NCBI GenBank assembly: GCA_965223845.1 | Contig: CBDCXR010000004.1 | Span: 7,104,001 to 7,168,000, forward strand | Reading direction: 5' to 3' | From: Planctomycetota bacterium | Lineage (GTDB): Bacteria > Planctomycetota > UBA8108 > SXIK01 | DNA length: 64,000 nucleotides | Shown here: piece by piece, positions 40,540-50,010 of the stretch | Layout of the letters: each line of letters opens with the position of its first letter | How positions within the stretch are numbered: the first letter of the stretch is position 1 | The notes under the pieces: generated by a model | The model's input: the letters and a program-made list of their open reading frames with translations, nothing else | The model's database searches: none | Told to the model about the DNA's origin: nothing | Translations under genes and position numbers: made by a program

Positions 40540-42341
40540 CCTCGCTCGACGACCGCGCGGCCGGCACGGTTCATGGCGATAGCGGGAGCTCCCGCCTGCC
40601 CGTAGCGAGCGGGCTCGCGACGATCGCGCTTGCGCTCTTCCTCCCCGCGTTGCTCTACGATCTCAATCTCCCCGACGAGCCGCGCGTTGCGCACATGGCG
40701 CACGAGATGGCGCGGACGGGCGAGTGGACGCTCGGACGCGTCAACGGCGAGCTCTTTCTCCACACTCCGCCGCTCGCGTATTGGGCGATCGCCGGCGTCG
40801 AGAAAGTCGTCGGGCACGGGCCGGAGCGCGCACTCCGCGTCGTCTCGGTCGCCGCGGCCATCGGGACGATCCTCGTCACGTTCGCTCTCGTCGCGCGCTA
40901 CGCGAGCCTCCTCGCCGGGCTCGTCAGCGCCTGCGTGCTCGCGTCGACGTTTCAGTTCGCGGACGTCGCGCACCGCCTTACCGTCGACATGACGCTCACG
41001 CTCTTTACGCACGCCGCGCTCGCCGGCCTCATGGTTCTTCGCCTCGAGTCGCATCCCCGCTGGTGGTGGGGGCTCGCGCTCGGAGCGGCGGGCGCCGGAG
41101 CGTTTCTGACGAAAGGAATCGTCGGACCAGCGTTTCTCGGAGTGTTTTTCGCCGCCCTGGTCGCGCTCGACTATCGAGTCTGGTGGAGTCGGCGGGCGCT
41201 CGTTCTCGCGATCGCCGCGGCGACCGCGGTCGCGCTCTCCGTGCCGTGGCTACTCGCGCTCCACCGCCTCGATCCGGCGTATCCAAAGGCCGTGCTTTTC
41301 GGTCACGTCATCGAGCGGGCCGTCGGCGCCGCGCACCACAATCCGAGCAACTGGCAATTCACGCACCGATTCTTGCTTCACGTGATGCCTTGGACACCCA
41401 TCGCGCTGTTCGCGATCGGATCGACCCTCCGCGGCGCGTGGGGACGCCGGCGAGCTCCGCGCGATCAGGCGCCGCGGCCGGATGCCCGCGCGACGCTCGC
41501 GACGCTCGCGGCGCTGTTCGCGACGCTCTCGTTTCTCTTGCTCCTCGTCTCGCGCGGGAAGAGGAACCTCTACTTCCTTCCGGCAGTTCCGGCGCTCGCG
41601 ACGTGCTCGGCACTCTGGATCGACCGCCATCTCGACGCGCGATGGATGCGGCGCGCACTGGGTGTTGTACTCGCCGGCAGCGTACTCGCCGGTGTCGTCG
41701 GTGCCGTACTGACCTTTTTCACCGAAGCGGGACGCGATTCCTGGCTCGTTCCGCTCGCGCTCATCGCCATTTTCTATTGGCCGCTCCGTTCGTGGCGCTC
41801 GAGGCGGCGCCGTCCCCACGCGACGGTGGAACGCCCGGAGGGATTCGTCGTCGCATCGCTTCTCGCGCTCGTGCTCGCCGTCGCCGCGTGGGGATCCGCT
41901 TACCACATTCTCCGGAACGACCGCTACACCGCGACGCCGTTCGGACGCGAGGTGGTGAAGCGGGTCGCGACCGCCGGCGGAGGGGTTGTCGGATTTCAGC
42001 TGTACGAGCGGGAGCAGGCCGCGGTAGCGTGGGCGCTCGGCGAGACCTTTCCCCACACGGACGTCGAGAGCGAGCTCGCGACATGGCTCGCAGACGAGAC
42101 GGTGGCGAATGCGGCGGCGCGAGTGATCGTCGCCGACGCGGAGGCGTACTCTTCGCTGCGCACGGGGGTCCTGAGCGATTGGCGAATCGATCTCGAAGCG
42201 AAGCTGCGCCGTCGCCGCATCTTGATCTTGGTCCATCGGGATTCGACCTCGAGCGCGCGCGGAGCGACGGATCCCCATCGAACGGAGGAGTCCGGTGACG
42301 CGGAGGATGAGAATCACGAAGGTCTACACCCGAGTCGGTGA
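40536..42341 (+). CDS. ArnT/GT39-like membrane glycosyltransferase (GT-C fold)
   Basis: PDEPRVA...EMARTGEW, HTPPLAYW, FLTKG, KRNLYFLP; many transmembrane segments; TTG start overlapping the upstream TGA. Confidence 0.85.
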   Translation: MTSLDDRAAGTVHGDSGSSRLPVASGLATIALALFLPALLYDLNLPDEPRVAHMAHEMARTGEWTLGRVNGELFLHTPPLAYWAIAGVEKVVGHGPERALRVVSVAAAIGTILVTFALVARYASLLAGLVSACVLASTFQFADVAHRLTVDMTLTLFTHAALAGLMVLRLESHPRWWWGLALGAAGAGAFLTKGIVGPAFLGVFFAALVALDYRVWWSRRALVLAIAAATAVALSVPWLLALHRLDPAYPKAVLFGHVIERAVGAAHHNPSNWQFTHRFLLHVMPWTPIALFAIGSTLRGAWGRRRAPRDQAPRPDARATLATLAALFATLSFLLLLVSRGKRNLYFLPAVPALATCSALWIDRHLDARWMRRALGVVLAGSVLAGVVGAVLTFFTEAGRDSWLVPLALIAIFYWPLRSWRSRRRRPHATVERPEGFVVASLLALVLAVAAWGSAYHILRNDRYTATPFGREVVKRVATAGGGVVGFQLYEREQAAVAWALGETFPHTDVESELATWLADETVANAAARVIVADAEAYSSLRTGVLSDWRIDLEAKLRRRRILILVHRDSTSSARGATDPHRTEESGDAEDENHEGLHPSR

Positions 42342-42867
42342 CGGCGGGGAGACTCGGCTCGGAGGCGGCCAGAGCGTCCGGAAGGACTCGGCCCGCATCG
42401 CGGCGTTCGGGACGGTCGACGAGCTCAACAGTCAGCTCGGCGTCGCCGTCGCGGTCGGACTCGTTCCCGTTCACGAAGCCGTCGTCCGTCGAGTGCAGCA
42501 CGAGCTCTTCCGCGCGGGCTCTCAGCTGTGCATGCTCGACGAGGACCGAAAGAAGTACTCGGTGCCCGAGATCGAGCAGCGGCACATCGACGGGCTCGAG
42601 AAGGACATCGACCGGCTCCTCGAGCCTCTTCCTCCGCTCGAGGAGTTCATCCTCCCGGGCGGAACGGCCGGAGCGGCGCAACTTCACGTCGCGCGGACGG
42701 TGTGCCGTCGCGCGGAGCGGCTCGTCGTCGCTCTCGCGCGCGAGGAGGAAGTCGGGAGCGCCGTCATCGCCTATCTCAATCGATTGTCGGACCTCCTTTT
42801 CGTCGTCGCGCGAGCGGAGAACGCGGAGAACGGTCGCGAGGATCCCCAGTGGGATCGTGAGGTGTGA
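42307..42867 (+). CDS. pduO: ATP:cob(I)alamin adenosyltransferase, PduO type
   Basis: KVYTRVGDGGET, GTVDELNS, FILPGG, RTVCRRAER, YLNRLSDLLF. Confidence 0.93.
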   Translation: MRITKVYTRVGDGGETRLGGGQSVRKDSARIAAFGTVDELNSQLGVAVAVGLVPVHEAVVRRVQHELFRAGSQLCMLDEDRKKYSVPEIEQRHIDGLEKDIDRLLEPLPPLEEFILPGGTAGAAQLHVARTVCRRAERLVVALAREEEVGSAVIAYLNRLSDLLFVVARAENAENGREDPQWDREV

Positions 42868-42948
42868 TAGCGGGGTCCGATCGCCGTAGTGCCGGTGATC
42901 GTTCGCGACCGGGAACTGCGCTTTTCAAGTGAACTGGGAACGATATCC

Positions 42949-44223
42949 ATGAGTGGTCGAAGCGGAAGACGAGCGGGACGCATCACGCTCGCGATCGGTC
43001 TCACCTTGATGCTTGCCGTCGTCTGTGTGTGGGTTCTCTACGGGCGCGACATTTCACCGCCCGACGAGAGCGACTTTCAGACCTCCGATGGACTCGTTGC
43101 GGACGCGACCAACGCATTCTTCGATCTCGATTTCGAGCCGGATGCGATCCGCGGAACCGAGCGCGACGAGGACATCGAGGACGACTGGGAGCTCTTCGAC
43201 TACGTCGAAGCGTACGACCTCCGGTTTCCACTCCGGCAGGCTGACGACGAGGACGCCGAACTCGGTGCCTTCGACCCGAGCGTGGAGTGGGACGCGGAAG
43301 TGGTCCGCGGCATCGTCGACGAGCGGGCGACGTATCTGGACACTCTCGAGCGAGCGCTCGAAAAGAAGGAGTTCGTCGTTCGCCTCGACGATCCGAGCGA
43401 TCAATACTCCCTCGTCGAGTGGCGCGATCTGGCTTTTCTGCTTCGACTCCGCATTCGGCTGCACCTCGTTCGGAACGACGTGAAGGCGGCAGCCGACGAC
43501 GCCCTCCTTCTCGCCCGGTTTGGACACCGAATCGCGTACTCCGGGCCCTATCTCTGGCTCCTCGTGGGGATCGGCATCGAGTCGCAGGGTTTCGAGGACA
43601 TCTGGCGCATCCTCGCGCTCGCCGACACTCCGAAAGAGCAATGCGAGGAGATCCGAGATCGCCTTCGATCGTTCGCCTTCGATCGCGAGCGGCTGCGAGA
43701 GATTTGGGCCAAGGAGTATCAGTGGGCGACGCTTCTCATCGAGAGCGAACTCGGCGACGCGTGGTTTTACCATCCCAATCGGACGCGGGCGCGACTCCTC
43801 CGGGCGTATCGGATTCAGCGCGATTGGATGCAGAGTCCCCACTGGACTCCGCCGAGTGGAGAGGGAACGATCGCGGAACTGCGGACAACGGGTGTCGCCA
43901 ACTGGCTCAACTGGGCGGGCGAGCAGGCGTGCGCACTTCTTCTCACTGAGCCGTCGCCCGGACTCTGGACCCGCGATTTCGATCTTCGCGCAACGCGGCT
44001 GGTCGCCGCGCTGCGCCTCTACGATCTCGAGCACGATGGGCTTCCCGAAACTCTCGACGCGCTCGTTCCGAAGTTCATCGAATCCGTGCCGCGCGATCCG
44101 TTCGCCGCTACCGGAGGCCTCCGCTACTCACGCGAGGAGCGGGAGATCTCCTCGGTCGGCGCAGACTTGGATCTCGACCACTTCCGGTCGAAGCCGTTCG
44201 TCCGCTCGCTTCCGGAGTGGTGA
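42949..44223 (+). CDS. Hypothetical membrane-anchored protein with pseudopilin-like C-terminal motif
   Basis: N-terminal transmembrane helix; C-terminal ALRLYDLEHDGLPETLDALVPKFIESVPRDPF...YS...SVG. Confidence 0.7.
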   Translation: MSGRSGRRAGRITLAIGLTLMLAVVCVWVLYGRDISPPDESDFQTSDGLVADATNAFFDLDFEPDAIRGTERDEDIEDDWELFDYVEAYDLRFPLRQADDEDAELGAFDPSVEWDAEVVRGIVDERATYLDTLERALEKKEFVVRLDDPSDQYSLVEWRDLAFLLRLRIRLHLVRNDVKAAADDALLLARFGHRIAYSGPYLWLLVGIGIESQGFEDIWRILALADTPKEQCEEIRDRLRSFAFDRERLREIWAKEYQWATLLIESELGDAWFYHPNRTRARLLRAYRIQRDWMQSPHWTPPSGEGTIAELRTTGVANWLNWAGEQACALLLTEPSPGLWTRDFDLRATRLVAALRLYDLEHDGLPETLDALVPKFIESVPRDPFAATGGLRYSREEREISSVGADLDLDHFRSKPFVRSLPEW

Positions 44224-44423
44224 GCGGCGCGCCTCGAGGCGTCCACCGGTGCCGGCGAAACGAGCCGCCCGCCAGCCATCCGTCCACCAAATAGACGGCC
44301 CACCGAATCGAAGATGGAACCGTCCGTTCGGCGTTTGTGGCGGCGCTCGCGATAAATTTCGAACCTGGATCCCTGCGCTCGCCGCCTCCCGGTACACCGG
44401 CACTCTACTTGCACCTCGCTTCG

Positions 44424-44813
44424 ATGCGCTCACCTCCCCGGCGAGCGCAGGCGTTTCGTACCGACACGGTGACACGGCCCGACGGAAGCGAGCTCTCCTT
44501 GGAACCCACAAACCCCGATTCCGGCCACGCGTCTCGCTCGTCCGAGACCGAATCTGAGCAGCCACAGCCGCTCGATGCGTCCTCCGGCGACGATCATGCG
44601 GAAGAGTCGACGCTGGTGAGCGAATCCGAGACCACCGCACGCGAGTCCGACGTGATCTCGATTCCGACGGTCGTTGCCGCAGAAGCGGTCGCTGACGTCG
44701 ACGTCCCCGCGGCGCACTTCGTTCTCGATTACGACCGCGAGGTCGCCTTCCTGGAGAGCGAGGGGCGGTGGAGCTCCGACATGGTTCCGAAGGGATTTCG
44801 GCGACGTCGCTGA
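44424..44813 (+). CDS. Hypothetical acidic, probably disordered protein
   Basis: Ser/Glu/Asp/Pro-rich middle and an ordered-looking C-terminus FVLDYDREVAFLESEGRW. Start uncertain (44337, 44424 or 44469). Confidence 0.45.
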   Translation: MRSPPRRAQAFRTDTVTRPDGSELSLEPTNPDSGHASRSSETESEQPQPLDASSGDDHAEESTLVSESETTARESDVISIPTVVAAEAVADVDVPAAHFVLDYDREVAFLESEGRWSSDMVPKGFRRRR

Positions 44814-45026
44814 AGGCCGGCATCGAGTCAACGTCGGGGCAGCATCGGAGAGTCACACGTTCCCGCGCGGACCAAACGTCGACTCTCTTCGCTCCCGGAT
44901 TCCCCGCCGGGGATGGCGAGATCCGCGCAAACGTCGAATGAACGTCGAGTTTTCGGCCGGTCGCCCCGCTCGGGCATGGCCGAACTCGAGGCTTGAGTCC
45001 GAGGCGTGCACGACGAGGAGTAAGAA

Positions 45027-46094
45027 GTGAGCTTCGACGGACTGCCCGCCTTGGGCGGACGAGCCGCACGAGTCGGCCTCGATCTCGGCTCCGCCGCGAC
45101 GAAAGTCGTCCTCCCGCCTGGACCCGGAGAGACGGGACCTCCTCGGCCGCTCGTCGTGCCGTCTCGAATCGCCTACGCGCGGCCAGGAGCATTGCCGTGT
45201 CCGTTTTCCTGCGTGGGCACACGGGCGCTCGAGCGCCGGGATCACTTGGATCTCCGGCACCCGTTCGCGTGCGCGGACGACGAGGATCTCGGGTCGACTC
45301 TCCGCGACTTTGGTCGGCACCTGCGCGGGAGCTATCAGCGCCGAAAGGACGAGCTCCCATGGGGTGTCGTCGCTTGCCCCGCCAGCGCCACTCAAGCGGC
45401 ACGTGATCTGAGGCGCGTCGTCGGTGGCGAGATCTTCGATCGGATCGCGCTCGTCGACGACGTCTTCCTCGCCGCGGTCGCGATCGACTCGCGGGAAGTC
45501 TCGCAGCACAGCGTGCTCATCGACTTCGGCGACGAATCCGTGCGTGCGGCGATCTTTCACGGCTCGGCGCCGGAAGCGGGCGAGCGGGTGTCGGTCGCGT
45601 TCGACGGCGCGGCGTGGAACGACGCCTTTCGCGATCGCCTCCGGCTCCGCTATCCGGAGCTCCACTTCACGGATCCCACCCTGACGTCCCTCCGCGAGTC
45701 GCTCGCGTTTCTCTCGCCCGCCGCGCGGCGAACGTCGCTGGAGCTCCGCTATCAGGGCGGAGTGATGGCGGTCGACGTCACGCGGACGATCGCGGAGGCG
45801 AGTGCCGTTGCGCTGCGGCCGGTGCTTCGCGCGGCGCGAGACGCCCTGGCGCTCTGCCCGTCAGATGAAACCGAGGTTTTCCAAGAAAACATCGTTCTCT
45901 ACGGCGGCGGAGCGGCCTTGCCGGGGCTGCGCGCTCGGCTCGAGGAGGAGCTCCTCAACGAAGGTTACGATTTCGCGCGTGTCCGCACGGTCGGGAATCC
46001 ACGTACCCTCGTCGCTGAAGGTGCGTACCGCTGGGCATCGCGACTCGACGACGCCGACTGGAGCATCCCGCTCTTCTCGTTCGCGAGCGACTGA
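45027..46094 (+). CDS. Actin-like protein, MamK/MreB family, with degenerate ATPase motifs
   Basis: Phosphate-1 GLDLGS, phosphate-2 LIDFGDE, adenosine motif NIVLYGGGAALPGL; MamK-like segments VGTRALERRDHLDLRHPF, RYPEL, VDVT, GAYRWA; GAGGAG ribosome-binding site. Confidence 0.8.
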   Translation: MSFDGLPALGGRAARVGLDLGSAATKVVLPPGPGETGPPRPLVVPSRIAYARPGALPCPFSCVGTRALERRDHLDLRHPFACADDEDLGSTLRDFGRHLRGSYQRRKDELPWGVVACPASATQAARDLRRVVGGEIFDRIALVDDVFLAAVAIDSREVSQHSVLIDFGDESVRAAIFHGSAPEAGERVSVAFDGAAWNDAFRDRLRLRYPELHFTDPTLTSLRESLAFLSPAARRTSLELRYQGGVMAVDVTRTIAEASAVALRPVLRAARDALALCPSDETEVFQENIVLYGGGAALPGLRARLEEELLNEGYDFARVRTVGNPRTLVAEGAYRWASRLDDADWSIPLFSFASD

Positions 46095-46099
46095 TCCGC

Positions 46100-46145
46100 C
46101 TGCGGGTTCGAGCTTGAGGACGGCCTCGAGCGAACCTTCCCGCAG
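46100..46145. terminator. Long GC-rich hairpin downstream of the actin-like gene
   Basis: CTGCGG/CCGCAG outer arms enclosing GTTC/GAAC and GCTTGAGG/CCTCGAGC arms; no clear U-tract. Confidence 0.35.
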
Positions 46146-46262
46146 TTGGTCGCCAGCCCACCAGACCGGCCGATCGCATGCGAACGATTGCGTCTTCGAC
46201 GCCGGCCGAATCTCGGCGCCATCTGCAGCTTTCGTAACGGGATGCGCGGTTCTCGATGCGTT

Positions 46263-46278
46263 TGGCCCCGGCCGTGCT
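46263..46278 (+). promoter_or_regulatory. Putative sigma54 -24/-12 promoter
   Basis: TGGC-N7-GTGCT with canonical GG/GC spacing, about 155 nt upstream of ATG 46434. Confidence 0.4.
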
Positions 46279-46433
46279 TTCGCTTCCCCCGGCGGCAGAG
46301 TACGCGTGGTGCGTGCGGTTCACCGTCGCGACGCGGACGCGATGCGCCGTCGAGCGAAGGGAGCGAGAGGCCGTGAGCTCGAAGCCGCGCCGTGGAGCGG
46401 TCGCGGCCGAGGAAGTGGACGGGAGACGCGGGA

Positions 46434-47429
46434 ATGACGACGGGCATGAAGGGGAAGACGGGGACGGCGGCGGTCGGAGCGCGAGGGAGACGGGCGGCCC
46501 CCGCTGTGCGGTTGGCGTTGGCGGTTTCGACGATGGTGATTTCGCTGTCGGCGGCGGGGATCGCTTCGCCGGCAGAGGCGGCCGGCGGAGGTCGAGTGGC
46601 CCCGTTCATCAACGTGGGACAGATCGCGGACCGGATTGAGCGCGAGGTCTCGCGGCTCGCCTCGCGAGCGCGGCGGTTGCTGCTCGGATTGTCCGACTAC
46701 CAGCGACGGCGGGCGTTCGACACCTGGACACCGACCGTGTCGGATCCGAACGGGTTTCCGCTGTTCCCGGAACGCTCGGTGGAGATCCGGACGACGCCGT
46801 GCTGGTACCTCGAGGATGCACCGATCTATCTGTCGAACTCGGACGAGGGCGAGGATCAGAGGCTGGGCGCCCGGGTGAGGCTCTCCTTGATCACGACCGG
46901 GGATCGATCGCAGAGCCACGGTGCGGGCAGCGGCGGCATTCTCCCCGCGGAGCTGCAGGTCGCGCTGGTCGAGGAATACAGCGTCGGCGGCACGTGGAAA
47001 ACCTACGACCGCCAGCCTCGACGGATCTCTCTCCGCGTGCGCGGCCGCGGTCGATCGAATCTCGAGATCGGTCACGGATCTGCGTCGGGCTACTTTCAGG
47101 CGCGGGCCGTGTTCTCATCGAACCTCCTGCCGAAACCTATAGTCGAAACGCTCGAGCGCTCGGCGGGAGCGTCCTCGAAAGAAGAGATCTTCAAGTTGGG
47201 CGGGGGGATCTTCGAAGTGCCGATCGAGCTCGGACGAGGAACGGGGAACTATCCCGACTCGTTTCACTTCGGGCCGAACCCGCTGCGCGGATGCGACTCG
47301 GCGTTCGATTTCGAGATGCGCACCAAGGTCGCGAGCAAGATCGTCGTCGATCGCAAGGGACGAGTGAACGGCAAGCTCTACACTCAGCTCGCGCTCGACG
47401 CCTATCTCTCGTGTGCGGTGTGTCGGTAG
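46434..47429 (+). CDS. Secreted hypothetical protein
   Basis: Signal peptide ending AEA; beta-rich mature region; no recognised family. Confidence 0.7.
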   Translation: MTTGMKGKTGTAAVGARGRRAAPAVRLALAVSTMVISLSAAGIASPAEAAGGGRVAPFINVGQIADRIEREVSRLASRARRLLLGLSDYQRRRAFDTWTPTVSDPNGFPLFPERSVEIRTTPCWYLEDAPIYLSNSDEGEDQRLGARVRLSLITTGDRSQSHGAGSGGILPAELQVALVEEYSVGGTWKTYDRQPRRISLRVRGRGRSNLEIGHGSASGYFQARAVFSSNLLPKPIVETLERSAGASSKEEIFKLGGGIFEVPIELGRGTGNYPDSFHFGPNPLRGCDSAFDFEMRTKVASKIVVDRKGRVNGKLYTQLALDAYLSCAVCR

Positions 47430-47445
47430 GAACGGGGGAGAGCGG

Positions 47446-49488
47446 ATGTCGAAACCGCGAAGAATCAGACGTTCTCTGCCGTGGTGGATCGCGACGATCT
47501 CGGGGGTCATCGTCGTTTGGTGGAGCCGCGGGCTCCACGAGGAGATTCACGATCACGAAACGTTCGACGATCGACCGAACGAGCTTGCTTCCCCTACCCC
47601 GGCTCGCTCCGCGCCTCGAGCGTTCGGCATCGCGGTGATCGACGACCGCGGACGGCCGGTGCCGACCGCCCGACTCGAGCTCGAAGGCAACGTCGTTCGG
47701 TCGGTAGATCAACGCGGTCGCGTCGAGCTCCTCGGCGGAATCCACCGAGGAGTCGCGCGTGCGCCGGGTCACGTGTCGACCGAGTTCGATGTCGCGCTCG
47801 GGCCGGATGAAGAAGAGGGCTGCGTCGTGCTCGCTCGCCTCGGGCGACTCCGGCTCCGCATCGCAAACGAGCACGACGAACCCGTCGCGGGGATTCGCGT
47901 GACGATCGTTCCTCCGCTTCTCAGTGGAGAGCCGTTCGGGTCGGAGTGGCGGCAGCAGCTCCCGCCCATGCTCGACGGAATGCCCGCGCCCACGCGGGTA
48001 CTTCTGCGACGAGTTCTCGCCGACGGCTCGGAGTGGCGCGGCGTGTCAGCTGACGATGGTTCGATCGAGCTCGGCGGATTCCATCCGGGGCCGGGGTATC
48101 GATACGGAATCTTGTCGGACGGAATCCCTTGCGACCTCGCGCCTCCGCATGAGGCTGAGCCGGTGACGAAGCTCCCGAGTGGTGACATCGTCTACCGCTC
48201 AGACGAGAGCCGGCCGGTCGGACTCTCGGGTGAGTTCGCCGTAGCGCCCGGGGAGGCGACCGAGCTCGACGTCCTCGTCTACGAGAAGACGGGAGTCGTC
48301 GGCCGGATCTACGTCCCCGGCGAGACTCTCGAGGACGTCCAGCTTCGACTCGTGAGCATCGAGCCGCACGATTCCGATGGAGATGGATTGAACGATTGGA
48401 CGCACAAGCGCGCCGAGATCATCGCGCGGGGCGAGGCGGATGGCTTCTTCTCGCTCATGGGACTGAGGGGAAACCTCGAGAAAGAGCTCATCGGGCACGC
48501 CTCCACACGAAACGGTGGTGTCGCGCACTATTGGCCCGTATCCCGGCGGTTTTTCTGTCCGCTCGGGCAGATCTACGAGCTCGGCGACGTCGTGCCGCTC
48601 CGGGATCCGGCGATTCGGGGCGTGATCGAGTTCGGTACGCCTGACGGAGAGCCGATCGACCCGACGAGAATCTTCGCCGAGCCGCCGCGCTTCGCTCGCG
48701 CTCGACTCAGTTTCCAGCCGCCCGGTCGGCGGGATGGATACACCGCGGGGTTCCCGATCGAGCTCGGAGTTCCCTTCGTTCTTCACGGCGCGGTCGGCGC
48801 GACGGATCTTCGGGTTGACGCCGAGAACAACTGGCCCGAGCCCCGTCTAGGCTATCGTCTCTCGCCACCGGAACCAGCGACGCTGAGACCGGAGAGCGGC
48901 GAGCTCGTGCGGATCCGGTTTCTCGCCGAGGAGACCCGGCGCGTCGAGTTGCGGTTCTCGTTCGCGCTCGGGGAGGTCTGTCCGTTTCGCTACTTTGTGC
49001 GGCACGAGTCCGGCGAGATGGTTCGGCGATGGATCCACTCCGTCGACTCGGAAACCTCGGCGATCTCGGAGTACCGCTGGCTCGCGGTCGGCGCCCACGA
49101 GATTTACGTCCACACGAACTCGCCGTTCCATCGCGGCGAGAGTCTCTTCGCGATGAAGCGTTTCGTTGTCCCATCGGCGAGCGAAGGCGACGCGACTCCG
49201 GTCGAAGTCGCGATCACGCCCGGGAACATCCTCGAGATCGAGGCGAGAGCGATCGACGGTAGTTCGCCGCTCCGCGAGATCGACGTCAGCCTCGCGCTCG
49301 TTCGACCGAACGCGCCCGACGAACCTCTTTGGCTCTTCAGCAGTCCGACGGATGCGTCCGGGGTGGCGACGTTTTACGGCATACCGCCGAACGCGCTTCT
49401 CTACACTCACCTCGATCCCGAGGTCCGCTTGAGCTCCGGGCCGCCCGGCAGCGTCATGACGTACGAAGTCTACGGAACGGAGTGGTAA
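47446..49488 (+). CDS. Membrane-anchored protein with repeated carboxypeptidase-regulatory-like (transthyretin-like) beta-sandwich modules
   Basis: N-terminal transmembrane helix; VIDDRGRPVPTARLE, IANEHDEPVAGIRVT, SADDGSIELGG, TDASGVATFYGIP. Confidence 0.7.
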   Translation: MSKPRRIRRSLPWWIATISGVIVVWWSRGLHEEIHDHETFDDRPNELASPTPARSAPRAFGIAVIDDRGRPVPTARLELEGNVVRSVDQRGRVELLGGIHRGVARAPGHVSTEFDVALGPDEEEGCVVLARLGRLRLRIANEHDEPVAGIRVTIVPPLLSGEPFGSEWRQQLPPMLDGMPAPTRVLLRRVLADGSEWRGVSADDGSIELGGFHPGPGYRYGILSDGIPCDLAPPHEAEPVTKLPSGDIVYRSDESRPVGLSGEFAVAPGEATELDVLVYEKTGVVGRIYVPGETLEDVQLRLVSIEPHDSDGDGLNDWTHKRAEIIARGEADGFFSLMGLRGNLEKELIGHASTRNGGVAHYWPVSRRFFCPLGQIYELGDVVPLRDPAIRGVIEFGTPDGEPIDPTRIFAEPPRFARARLSFQPPGRRDGYTAGFPIELGVPFVLHGAVGATDLRVDAENNWPEPRLGYRLSPPEPATLRPESGELVRIRFLAEETRRVELRFSFALGEVCPFRYFVRHESGEMVRRWIHSVDSETSAISEYRWLAVGAHEIYVHTNSPFHRGESLFAMKRFVVPSASEGDATPVEVAITPGNILEIEARAIDGSSPLREIDVSLALVRPNAPDEPLWLFSSPTDASGVATFYGIPPNALLYTHLDPEVRLSSGPPGSVMTYEVYGTEW

Positions 49489-49527
49489 GCGGTTCGAGCG
49501 CGCTGAGTTTGCGCGCTCGATACCACG

Positions 49528-50010
49528 TCAGACCTGGGGATCCGCTTCGGTCGGCTGCGTCTCCGGGCTCGTCTGCATGCGGTACTCGGCGACCTTCCAC
49601 CCGGACGGACCGAGGTTGAAGCGCTCGCCCTGGAGAACGATCGAGAGCCGATCCTCGGCTCCGTCCATCGCCATCCCGTTTTGCTTCATGCGAGAGATGC
49701 ATTTCGCTCGGAGGGGAATCTCAGCCATCGGACCCTCGGTCTCGAGGATGCTCGCGACGATGGACTCGAGATCGGCCATCCACTTGGGGTCGCTCGGCTC
49801 CGACTTGCGTCCCGAACGCTTCGACTTCACGGCGGCCGACATCTCGGGAGTGAATCGCCTTCCGTGAAGACCGGCGAGGCCCGCTTGGACGCGATCGAGC
49901 TCGCGCGTCAGCTCTTTCTGGCGTTGACGAACTTCGGCGAGCTCCTTGCGGAGTCGATCCTTCTGCGCCTTCAAGTCGCCGATGATGTCGGTGATCGAAT
50001 TCTCTTCCAC
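49528..50010 (-). CDS. Hypothetical protein: N-terminal coiled coil, basic linker, putative winged helix
   Basis: Heptad pattern LKAQKDRLRKELAEVRQRQKELTRELDRVQ; KSKRSGRK linker; IVASILETEGPM...ERFNLGPSGWKV; AGGAG ribosome-binding site. Confidence 0.75.
   Translation of the reverse strand: MEENSITDIIGDLKAQKDRLRKELAEVRQRQKELTRELDRVQAGLAGLHGRRFTPEMSAAVKSKRSGRKSEPSDPKWMADLESIVASILETEGPMAEIPLRAKCISRMKQNGMAMDGAEDRLSIVLQGERFNLGPSGWKVAEYRMQTSPETQPTEADPQV

Noticed and set aside
44240-44290. tRNA or tmRNA 3' end (TCCACCA)
   Set aside because: No T-arm (TTCGA loop at the right spacing) or acceptor-stem pairing.
20395-46094. Magnetosome island (feoAB plus MamK-like gene)
   Set aside because: The two loci are about 22 kb apart, separated by unrelated genes, and no mamA/B/E/I/M/O/P/Q-like ORFs are recognisable.
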